Positions 28,930-37,500 of a DNA stretch of 64,000 nt are shown one piece after another; position 1 is the first letter of the stretch, and each line of letters starts with the position of its first letter. A model generated the notes under the pieces. That model was not told the origin of the DNA. It did no database searches and worked only from the letters and a program-made list of their open reading frames with translations. Position numbers and translations under genes: made by a program. This DNA comes from an uncultured Chloroflexia bacterium (lineage in GTDB: Bacteria; Chloroflexota; Limnocylindria; Limnocylindrales; CSP1-4), in NCBI GenBank assembly GCA_963766735.1, contig CAVYBU010000002.1:64001-128000 (forward strand), in the 5' to 3' direction.

Positions 28930-29003
28930 CGGGAATGCGCGGTGGGCAGAACCGGGGCGGACGGTCCGACCCGCCGCCGACGAGCCGCCGCACGGAGGAC
29001 GCG

Positions 29004-30098
29004 ATGACGCTCACCGGTAACAGCGGCGACGCCGCCGCGGGCCCCCTGGCGGCCGGAATCGGGCTGGCCGACGCGGACCTCGTGGCGATGTACCGGACGG
29101 TCGCCCTTGCCCGGGCGCTGGACGAGCGGTTGTGGATCCTCAACCGTGCGGGCCGGATCCCGTTCGTCATCAGCGGCCAGGGCCACGAGGGTGCGCAGGT
29201 CGGGACGGCCTGGGCGCTCCGCCGCGGCCACGACTGGATTGCGCCCTTCTACCGGTCCATCGCAACCTGTCTCGCGTTCGGAATGACGCCGCGGGACCTG
29301 ATGCTCGCCCAGTACGCGAAGGTGTCCGACCCGGGTTCGGGCGGGCGCCAGATGCCCGGCCACTACAGCAGCCGCGAGCACAATCTCGTCAGCGTCTCCT
29401 CACCCGTCGCCACCCAGATCCTGCACGCGGTGGGGATCGCGCTGGCCGCCAAGATCCGCGGCACCGGCCAGGTCGCGGCCGCGATGATGGGGGAGGGAAG
29501 CTCCAACCAGGGCGACGTGCACGAGGCGCTCAACTTCGCCGCGATCCACCGCCTGCCGTTCGTGCTCATCGTGGAGAACAACGGCTACGCGATCAGCGTC
29601 CCCGCGGAGCGTCAGGTGTCCGTCAAGGACGTGGCCATGCGTGCCGCCGGGTATGGCATCCCGGGCGTCGTGGTGGACGGAACCGACGTCCTCGCCTGCT
29701 ACGCGGCGAGCCACGAGGCGGTGGAGCGAGCGCGAAGCGGCGGTGGCCCCACCCTGATCGAGGCCAAGGTGACGCGCCTGACGGCGCACTCCTCGGACGA
29801 CCAGCAGACCAAGTACCGGACCGAGGACGACCTGGCCGAAGGCCGGACGCACGACCCATTGCCGATCTTCCGCGAGCAGCTGCAGGGGGCGGGCGTCCTC
29901 ACGCCCGCGATCGAGGCGGCGCTCCAGGCCGAGATCGCGGTCCTGGTGGAGGACGCCACGGACTTTGCCGAGGCCGAGCCGGATCCCGATCCGGCCACCG
30001 CGATGGACTGGGTGTTCGCCGACGCATCGGCGGGCGAGCCGCCTCCGCCCTGGCACCCGGCGCCGGGCGCCGGCAGCAGTTCCGGGGGCCACGGCTGA
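29004..30098 (+). CDS. 2-oxoacid (probably branched-chain) dehydrogenase E1 alpha
   Basis: GRIPFVISGQGHE, GRQMPGH, GEGSSNQG...ENNGYAIS TPP motif, HSSDD. Confidence 0.9.
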   Translation: MTLTGNSGDAAAGPLAAGIGLADADLVAMYRTVALARALDERLWILNRAGRIPFVISGQGHEGAQVGTAWALRRGHDWIAPFYRSIATCLAFGMTPRDLMLAQYAKVSDPGSGGRQMPGHYSSREHNLVSVSSPVATQILHAVGIALAAKIRGTGQVAAAMMGEGSSNQGDVHEALNFAAIHRLPFVLIVENNGYAISVPAERQVSVKDVAMRAAGYGIPGVVVDGTDVLACYAASHEAVERARSGGGPTLIEAKVTRLTAHSSDDQQTKYRTEDDLAEGRTHDPLPIFREQLQGAGVLTPAIEAALQAEIAVLVEDATDFAEAEPDPDPATAMDWVFADASAGEPPPPWHPAPGAGSSSGGHG

Positions 30099-31081
30099 TG
30101 ACGATGCGCACGTTCATCGAGGCGATCCGCGACGGGATGGCCGAGGAGATGCGCCGGGACTCTTCGGTCATCGTGCTGGGCGAGGACGTCGGCAAGAAGG
30201 GCGGCGTCTTCCTCGCCACCGATGGGCTGTGGGCCGAGTTCGGCGATGACCGCGTGATCGACACCCCGCTCACGGAATCGATGATCATCGGGGCGTCGAT
30301 CGGCGCCGCGGTCAACGGGCTGCGGCCCATCGCCGAGATCCAGTTCGCCGACTTCATCTTCCCGGCCTTCAATCAGATCCTGTCCGAAGCGGCCCGGATG
30401 CGCTATCGCTCGATCAGCACGTTCTCCGTCCCGATGGTGATCCGGGCTCCGTTCGGCGGCGGCGTGCACGGCGCGCTGTACCACTCGCAGTCCGTGGAGG
30501 CGTTCTTCACCCACATCCCGGGCCTCAAGGTCGTGGTCCCGTCCACGCCGTACGACGCGAAGGGCTTGCTGCGTTCGGCGGTCCGGGACGACGACCCGGT
30601 CCTCTTCTTCGAGCACAAGAAGATGTATCGATCGGTCCGCGGCGAGGTCCCGGCGACGGACTTCACGGTGCCCATCGGGCGGGCGGCGGTGCGGCGGGCC
30701 GGCCGTCACGTCTCGGTCATCGCGTACGGGTTGATGGTCCACTACGCCCTGGAGGCAGCCGAGCGCGTGGCCGACGAGGGTATCGACTGCGAGGTCATCG
30801 ACCTCCGATCGCTCCGACCGCTCGATCGCGAGACCCTTCTCTCGTCCGTGCGCAAGACCGGCAAGTGCCTCATCGCGTACGAGGACAACAAGTTCGGCGG
30901 GTATGGAGCGGAGATCGCGGCGATCGTTGCCGAGGAGGCGTTCGACTACCTGGACGGACCGGTCTCGCGGATCGCCGGGCCGGACGTGCCCGCGATGCCG
31001 TACAACCACGTCCTGGAGGACTGGTTCATGCTCAGCCCGGCCAAGATCGCGGACGCGATCCGCCGGCTCGCCGCGTACTGA
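30098..31081 (+). CDS. 2-oxoacid dehydrogenase E1 beta
   Basis: GEDVGKKGGVF, DTPLTE, EIQFADF, GALYHSQS, FFEHK. Confidence 0.92.
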   Translation: MTMRTFIEAIRDGMAEEMRRDSSVIVLGEDVGKKGGVFLATDGLWAEFGDDRVIDTPLTESMIIGASIGAAVNGLRPIAEIQFADFIFPAFNQILSEAARMRYRSISTFSVPMVIRAPFGGGVHGALYHSQSVEAFFTHIPGLKVVVPSTPYDAKGLLRSAVRDDDPVLFFEHKKMYRSVRGEVPATDFTVPIGRAAVRRAGRHVSVIAYGLMVHYALEAAERVADEGIDCEVIDLRSLRPLDRETLLSSVRKTGKCLIAYEDNKFGGYGAEIAAIVAEEAFDYLDGPVSRIAGPDVPAMPYNHVLEDWFMLSPAKIADAIRRLAAY

Positions 31082-31088
31082 TACAGGG

Positions 31089-31433
31089 GTGGCGGGGGAG
31101 CTCGCTCCGATCGAAGCGCGCCTGTGGACGGTCCTGGATCCGTACCGGGACCGGCTGGTGGCGGGCTCTGTCTACGGGATCGCGACGCTGACCCGTCCAG
31201 GCGCGAAGGCCCACGGCTACTTCGCCGGGGTGAGCCTCGCCAAGGGGCACGTCTCGCTCCACCTGATGCCGATCTACCACGACCCATCGCTGCTGGACGG
31301 GATCTCGCCGGCGCTCCGCAAGCGTGTGTCGGGCAAGGCCACGCTGAGGTTCACGGCCGTGGACGAGGCAGTCTTCGCGGACCTGGATGCGCTGGTGGCG
31401 CGTTCGTTCGAGGCGTACGTCGCGGCCAGATGA
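31089..31433 (+). CDS. Hypothetical protein (DUF1801-like)
   Basis: YFAGVSLAKGHVSLHLMPIY...ISPALRKRVSGKATLRF; coding-like codon usage. Confidence 0.65.
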   Translation: MAGELAPIEARLWTVLDPYRDRLVAGSVYGIATLTRPGAKAHGYFAGVSLAKGHVSLHLMPIYHDPSLLDGISPALRKRVSGKATLRFTAVDEAVFADLDALVARSFEAYVAAR

Positions 31434-31591
31434 GGTGAGCCTCCGGGTGGGCGCCCGGCATGGCACGAAGCAGGATCCCTGGTGGCTCCGGTGGCGAGGC
31501 GGGGACCCAGCGCCGACACGTCGTCGCGGGATGCGCAACACTAGCCCCTCGACATCGCGTCCCACGCCCGCTCATCGGAGGAAGTGACCCA

Positions 31592-32986
31592 GTGGTCAAG
31601 GTGACGATGCCCCAGCTCGGCGAGAGCGTCGCGGAAGGGACGATCGGGCGCTGGCTCAAGCAGCCTGGCGATACCGTGGCCAAGTACGAGGCTTTGGTCG
31701 AGGTCGTCACCGACAAGGTCAACGCCGAGGTGCCGTCGCCGTACGCGGGTGTCCTCCGCGAGATCCTCGCGCCCGAAGGGTCCGTCGTGCCCAACAACGC
31801 GGACATCGCGGTGATCGAGACCGAGGAGGAGGCCGCATCCGGGGTATCCGTAGCGACGGTGGCCCCGGCAGCAGCCCCGAGCCCGGCCACGACTGCGACC
31901 GCGGCGGCGACCCCGGCAGCGATACCGGGCCCGGCAGCAGCCCCGATCCCGGCCGCGGCCCCGGCTCCCGCCACGGAGCCCGTCGGCGACCCCAACGCCC
32001 GCATGACCCCCGCGGTGCGCCGACTCCTCCGTGAGCACGGCCTGGATGCCGCCCAGGTCGCGGGTACTGGCGGAGGCGGCCGCATCTCCAGGGCCGACGT
32101 GCTCGCCCACGTTGAGGCACTCGGCGCCGGCGTGACGCCCGCCCAGCCGGCATCGCCCATCGCCCCGCCGGCCTCCGCGACGTCGGACCGGGCTGCCGCG
32201 GCCGCCACGACCACGACTGCCGCGTCCGCCACAACCCCGGCGACCGCCGCTCCGGGCCCTATCACCTTCCCTCCGGGCGTGGACGAGCTGGTCGTCCCCA
32301 TGACGCAGATGCGCAAGGGCATCGCCGCGCAGATGACCAGGTCGCTCCAGGCACCGCATGCCTACGTGCAGATGGAGATCGACGCCACCCGCCTGGTCCA
32401 GCTCCGGGCCCGCCTCAAGGGCGCCTACCAGGCGAAGGAGGGGATCTCCCTGTCCTTCGTCCCGTTCGTGGTCAAGGCTTCGGCCGAGGCGCTCAAGCGC
32501 ACGCCCACCTTCAACGCGCACTGGACGGACCAGGGTCTCGTCGCCCACCGGAAGATCAATGTCGGCGTGGCGGTCGCCGTCGACGAGGGGCTGATCGTCC
32601 CCGTCATCCGGGACGCGGACCTGCTCTCGATCCACGGCCTCAACGTCGCCATCACCGATGTCGCGAACCGCGCCCGGGCGAAGAAGCTCCGCGTGGACGA
32701 TTTTGGCGGCGGCACGTTCACGGTCGACAACACGGGCTACCTCGGCACCAACCTCGTGATGCCGATCCTCAACGTGCCCGAGGTCGGGATCGTGACGATG
32801 GAGGCCATCACCAAGCGTCCCGTCGTCGTGTCCGGACCGGACGGCGACGTGATCGCGATCCGGTCGATCATGAACATGGTCCTGGCCATCGACCACCGGG
32901 CAAACGATGGCGCCGCCGGCGCCGCGCTCCTGCGCGACATCAAGGCCTGGCTCGAGGGTGTCGGGCCGGAAACCCCGATCTACTAG
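31592..32986 (+). CDS. Dihydrolipoamide acyltransferase (E2)
   Basis: MPQLGESV...TDKVNAEVPSP lipoyl domain, GTGGGGRI E3-binding domain, catalytic DHRANDG. Confidence 0.93.
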   Translation: MVKVTMPQLGESVAEGTIGRWLKQPGDTVAKYEALVEVVTDKVNAEVPSPYAGVLREILAPEGSVVPNNADIAVIETEEEAASGVSVATVAPAAAPSPATTATAAATPAAIPGPAAAPIPAAAPAPATEPVGDPNARMTPAVRRLLREHGLDAAQVAGTGGGGRISRADVLAHVEALGAGVTPAQPASPIAPPASATSDRAAAAATTTTAASATTPATAAPGPITFPPGVDELVVPMTQMRKGIAAQMTRSLQAPHAYVQMEIDATRLVQLRARLKGAYQAKEGISLSFVPFVVKASAEALKRTPTFNAHWTDQGLVAHRKINVGVAVAVDEGLIVPVIRDADLLSIHGLNVAITDVANRARAKKLRVDDFGGGTFTVDNTGYLGTNLVMPILNVPEVGIVTMEAITKRPVVVSGPDGDVIAIRSIMNMVLAIDHRANDGAAGAALLRDIKAWLEGVGPETPIY

Positions 32987-32993
32987 GCGTCCC

Positions 32994-34070
32994 GTGGCCC
33001 GCGACCTCCCGATCTTCGACCCGAACCCGGCTCACGCGCACACCCCGGCCGCGTCGCTGTCCATCGCGATGGGCGGCGGCGTGACGGTCCCGGCCGCCGT
33101 GGCCGGCTCCTCCGCTCCGGCCGCTGACGGCAGCCGGCCCCTCCGCCGCCACCCCGACTGGATCAAGTCGAGGATGCCCTCAGGGGACAACTACCAGGAT
33201 CTCAGGGGCCTCCTGCGCGGCCTGAACCTCAACACCGTGTGCGCGGAGGCCGTGTGCCCCAACGTGGGCGAGTGCTGGGACCAGCGCACCGCCACGGTCA
33301 TGATCCTGGGTGACGTCTGCACCCGCGCCTGCGGCTTCTGCGCGATCAAGACCGGCCGGCCAACGTGGTTCGACGATGACGAGCCACGCCGGGTTGCCGA
33401 GGCCGTTGCCGCCATGCGCCTGGACCATGTCGTCGTGACCAGCGTCGCCCGCGACGACCTCCCGGATGGCGGGGCCGGTGCCTTCGCCGCCACGATCCGC
33501 GAGCTGAGGCAGCGGAGTCCCGGCATGGGCGTGGAGGTCCTGATCCCGGACTTCAACGGCGAGGAGGCGCCCCTCCGCGCGGTGATGGAGGCCGGGCCAG
33601 ACATCCTGAACCACAACCTCGAAACCGTTCGCCGCCTGCAGGGCCCTGTGCGCAGGCGGGCGCGCTGGGACCGCACGCTGGACGTGCTGGAGCGGGCCAA
33701 GGCCTACGCGCAGGAGTACGGCAACGAGGTTCACACCAAGAGCAGCCTCATGGTCGGCCTGGGCGAGACGCGCGAGGAGCTGACGGAGTGCTTCACCGCG
33801 CTCCGCGACGTGGAGTGCGACATCCTCACCATCGGGCAGTACCTGCGTCCGACCACGGACCACCTGCCCCTGGAGCGCTACTACCACCCCGACGAGTTTG
33901 TCGAGATGCGGGATGAGGCTCTCGCGCTGGGCTTCAAGCACGTCGAGTCGGGCCCGCTCGTCCGCTCCAGCTACCACGCCCGCGACCAGGTCCCCGGCGC
34001 TGCCGAGAAGGCGCTCCGCCGGCGCGCGACGCTCGACGCCGAGGGACGTGTCGTTCCCGCCATGGGCTGA
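32994..34070 (+). CDS. lipA: Lipoyl synthase
   Basis: CAEAVCPNVGEC, CTRACGFC, TSVARDDL, VRSSYHA. Confidence 0.96.
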   Translation: MARDLPIFDPNPAHAHTPAASLSIAMGGGVTVPAAVAGSSAPAADGSRPLRRHPDWIKSRMPSGDNYQDLRGLLRGLNLNTVCAEAVCPNVGECWDQRTATVMILGDVCTRACGFCAIKTGRPTWFDDDEPRRVAEAVAAMRLDHVVVTSVARDDLPDGGAGAFAATIRELRQRSPGMGVEVLIPDFNGEEAPLRAVMEAGPDILNHNLETVRRLQGPVRRRARWDRTLDVLERAKAYAQEYGNEVHTKSSLMVGLGETREELTECFTALRDVECDILTIGQYLRPTTDHLPLERYYHPDEFVEMRDEALALGFKHVESGPLVRSSYHARDQVPGAAEKALRRRATLDAEGRVVPAMG

Positions 34071-34091
34071 TCGCGGCTATCCTTGCCGGCG

Positions 34092-35147
34092 ATGGTCGCC
34101 CACCTGAGCCGCAAGATTCCGCTCGCCGAGCTCCACTGCCACCTGGGCGCGGCCGTCACCCCCTCGATCATGTGGTCGATCGCCCATGCCCAGGGCATCA
34201 AGCTCCCGACGCGTGACTACTGGGACTTCCGGAGCCTCATCACGGTCCATCCGCGGCGTCCCAAGAGCTTCGACGGCTACCTGCAGCTGTTCCACTGGAC
34301 GGAGCTGATCCAGTCCAGCCCGATCGCCGTCGAGCGCGCCGTCTACGAGGTCATCGGCGGGGCCTACCGCAAGAACAACGTGACCACCACGGAGCTGCGC
34401 TTCAACCCGATGAAGCGGAACCGGGGCGGCGAGCAGGACGTGGACCACATCATCGCCGCGGCCGTTCGGGGGATGGACCGGGCCACCCTCGAGTACCCGG
34501 TGAAGCCCGGCCTCATCTTCTGCCTGGACCGGGCGTTCCCGTACGAGCTCAACGAGATCATCGTGGAGAAGGCGATCGCCTGGCGGGATCGCGGCGTGGT
34601 GGGCGTTGACATCGCAGGCCCCGAGTCGGCCACGTTCCGCGTCGCCGACTACCGGCGCATCTTCCGCCGCGCCCGCCAACACGGCCTGGGTATCACGGTC
34701 CACACGGGAGAATCCGGCCCCGTGGACGAGATCGCCCGGGTGATCGAGCAGCTGGAGCCGGACCGTATCGGCCACGGCGTGAAATCCGCCTACGACCCGC
34801 GCACGATGGCGATGCTCCGCGAGCGCGGCATCGTGCTGGAGATCTGCCCCACCTCGAACCTGAACACGGGCGTCGTGTCCAGCTGGGAGGAGTTCCGCTG
34901 GATCTTCGACCAGTTCCACCGCAACGGCGTGCGCTACACCATCAGCACCGATGGCCCGGAGATGCTCAAGACCTACATCCGGGATGAGCTGGCCACGCTG
35001 GGCCGCCTCGGCATCCTCTCGATCGAGCAGCAGGAACTGATTGCCGCCACGTCGCTGGCGGCGTCGTTCGTGCCCAATGTGTCCGACGTGCCGCTGCCCC
35101 GCCGCGAGCCTGCCACGCGCGAGGTCGTGGAGCGCGAGGAGGGCTGA
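34092..35147 (+). CDS. Adenosine/adenine deaminase family protein
   Basis: ELHCHL, HTGE, RIGHG, EICPTSN, STDGP. Confidence 0.85.
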   Translation: MVAHLSRKIPLAELHCHLGAAVTPSIMWSIAHAQGIKLPTRDYWDFRSLITVHPRRPKSFDGYLQLFHWTELIQSSPIAVERAVYEVIGGAYRKNNVTTTELRFNPMKRNRGGEQDVDHIIAAAVRGMDRATLEYPVKPGLIFCLDRAFPYELNEIIVEKAIAWRDRGVVGVDIAGPESATFRVADYRRIFRRARQHGLGITVHTGESGPVDEIARVIEQLEPDRIGHGVKSAYDPRTMAMLRERGIVLEICPTSNLNTGVVSSWEEFRWIFDQFHRNGVRYTISTDGPEMLKTYIRDELATLGRLGILSIEQQELIAATSLAASFVPNVSDVPLPRREPATREVVEREEG

Positions 35148-35198
35148 CCAGGCCCCGCGGATGGGCGTTGCGTCCCGCCAGGCGGTCGTCGTGCCAGG

Positions 35199-35864
35199 TC
35201 AGGCCTCGGGCACCGACCCGATTCGGTACTCGCAGCACCGGTCCCCGGTCGCGATGTGCCGCTCCCGTACCACGTCCGCGCCCAGCACCTCGCGGAACAG
35301 GTCCAGCTCCGCGCGGCATGCCGCCCCGCCGCCCCGGGCAATGTCCAGGACGGCGCAGTTGTGCTCCACGAGGAGGATTCCTTCACCGTTGACGCGCGCC
35401 TCCGAGATGTAGCCCTGCTCGTCCTGGATCCGCGCGAGCTCCTGCACGCGCTCCGCGAGTGATGCACCAGCCGGCAGGGCGGCGTCCAATCGAGCCCGCA
35501 GCGCGGCCCCTGCCTGTCGGCGGCGGGCCGCGAACACGTCCTCGACCAGCGCATCGCCACCGATCTCCTCGATTGCCGCGAGGAGTCCGGTCGCCAGCCC
35601 GTCGTAGTTGGAAGGGAAGAGGTCCTGGGCGTCCGACGTGACGTCGTACATGTGCCTGGGGCGGCCCACTCCGTGGCGAACGGTGGTCCGGGCGACGAGA
35701 CCGGCGGAGTCGAGAGCGCGCAACTGCTGCGCGACGCCGCTGCGGCTGGCCCCGAGGACCGACGCGATGACGTCCGGGAACGACGGACCGCTCCGCCGGA
35801 GGTGCACCAGGATAGAGCGCCGAAGCGCCGACGGGGAGGGGGTGGGGACGGCGGACTCGGACAT
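35199..35864 (-). CDS. SufR-like winged-HTH transcriptional regulator
   Basis: HTH, GVGRPRHMY, LFPSNY, and C-terminal Cys set EHNCAV...ACRAEL...GDRCCEY. Confidence 0.85.
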   Translation of the reverse strand: MSESAVPTPSPSALRRSILVHLRRSGPSFPDVIASVLGASRSGVAQQLRALDSAGLVARTTVRHGVGRPRHMYDVTSDAQDLFPSNYDGLATGLLAAIEEIGGDALVEDVFAARRRQAGAALRARLDAALPAGASLAERVQELARIQDEQGYISEARVNGEGILLVEHNCAVLDIARGGGAACRAELDLFREVLGADVVRERHIATGDRCCEYRIGSVPEA

Positions 35865-35938
35865 GCGGGGCAGAGGCTACCAAGAACCTCGCCGACGCGA
35901 CGCCGAAGCTTGCCGCGTCGCTTCGGCTGGACGAAGGG

Positions 35939-36765
35939 CTACCCGCCCACCTCGACCAGCCGGACCACGAGACGGTACTTGCTCGTTCGAACCGACGCAC
36001 GTCTGCAGGGTCATCGACGGCGTGCCCTGCGCGGCCCACGCCCAGCTCGCATTGGTCGGGAGGGTGACCTTCCACCACTTGACCGCGTACACGCGCACTC
36101 GTCCCTTCGAGTCGGCGTACCAGGCCTTCATCCCCACCCTGAGGCGACCGGCGACGTATGCGTCGTGGAGCGGATCGAACACGCTGTACGGCATGACCCA
36201 TGAGGTAGACGTTGTTCGCCCCGGCGCAGCCCCAGCGGTAGACCCGGTTGTCGGGCGAGCGGGTGCGGTTGCACGGGAAGAACGCCACCGACCGGTTGAT
36301 CCTCAGGGCCGGGATCCAGACGTGGTTGCTACCGGAATACGCGGCGGAACCTGACGACCCGGACTTGGACTTGGGTTTGGAGCTGGACTTGGAGCTCGCC
36401 GGCTTCGTGGTGCTGGCCTTGGCCGATCGCTCGGGCATCGAGGCCCGGACAGGCGCCGCAGGTGCGGCCTCGGCGGCCGCCTGAGCGGCCGGGACGGTGA
36501 GGGCTTCGACGGTCGCCGGTGCGGGCAGGCGGGTGGTCGGGGCGCCTCTGGCAGGAAGGTCCCGGGACGGGACACCGCCCGCGGCATCCGTCTTGCTCGA
36601 TTCCGAGAGCACAAGCCCGGCGGGGGACCTCGCCGGGAGCGCGTGCGGACCACGCGAGCCGACGCTGGTCTGGGCTGCCGCTGCCACGACGGTCACCGAT
36701 TCGACGGCGAGCAGGAGGGCAAGGACCGTGGAGAGAGCGCGGCGCCGGCGCGGTGTGAGTTCCAT
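35939..36765 (-). pseudogene. Sortase-like protein interrupted by two +1 frameshifts
   Basis: N-terminal TM and low-complexity linker, then VWIPAL...YLMGHA / YSVFDPLH...MTLQTCVGSN / SKYRLVVRL*. Removing single bases at 36189 and 35984 restores the His-Cys-Arg triad in one frame. Confidence 0.75.
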
Positions 36766-36935
36766 GCCCGGAGCATCGGCGCGTACGCGCACCACTTCGA
36801 GAACCCGGATGTCATCCGCTACCCGGGAGGCTGGTCAGGGTCCGGGTGCGGTTGTGTGCGGTCCGGTCGGGAGTGATCCAGTACCGGGATGGGACTCCGC
36901 GGCCGCGCTGCCGGCGAGCGCGGCGGGCTCCGGGA

Positions 36936-37406
36936 TCAGCCGCCCGTCCCGGCTGCCGCCTCCAGCGTCGTCCGGACCGCCGCCTCGAAGTCGGGTGCCC
37001 ATGGTCCCTGGCCGGCCAGCACGTACGGGGACTGCTGGATCTCCTCGTATGCCTGTGCGTCGGTCACGAACGAGGCCGCGCACGGCCCGATCCGATCGCG
37101 CAGGCGCTCGAATGCCGCCCGGTTGCGGAACACGTACAGGTAGAGCCGGACATCGGATGCCTGGTCGACCCCGCGGGCGTCGAAGGAGATAGCCGTCGGC
37201 ACCAGGTCCGGGTCCGTGCATCCAGCGTCGCCCGACACCCAGTCGGACACCTCGATTCCCGCGGCGTTGAAGCGACCCGCAAGACCCGGGAAATCGGTGG
37301 GCGTCGCAGGCGGCGCCGTCGATGAGATCGTGCCGCAGGCGCTCACCACGAGAGCGGTGAGCACAAGGGACAGGAGCCGCACACGGCCGGTGCGAGAGGA
37401 TGCCAT
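36936..37406 (-). CDS. Hypothetical lipoprotein
   Basis: Signal peptide with lipobox-like VSAC; -10-like TAGCCT 6 nt before the ATG. Confidence 0.75.
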   Translation of the reverse strand: MASSRTGRVRLLSLVLTALVVSACGTISSTAPPATPTDFPGLAGRFNAAGIEVSDWVSGDAGCTDPDLVPTAISFDARGVDQASDVRLYLYVFRNRAAFERLRDRIGPCAASFVTDAQAYEEIQQSPYVLAGQGPWAPDFEAAVRTTLEAAAGTGG

Positions 37407-37500
37407 TCCGGGAGGCTAGCACCGCTCCGGGCCGGCCGCTCAACCCCCGTCGGTCGTCGGCGGAGCGCGCCCGGGGAACGACCGTCGCGGTCGATGCCCG

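Noticed and set aside
35891-35927. Terminator between the sortase and the SufR-like gene
   Set aside because: Imperfect alternative pairings with no U tract, and it overlaps the likely promoter.
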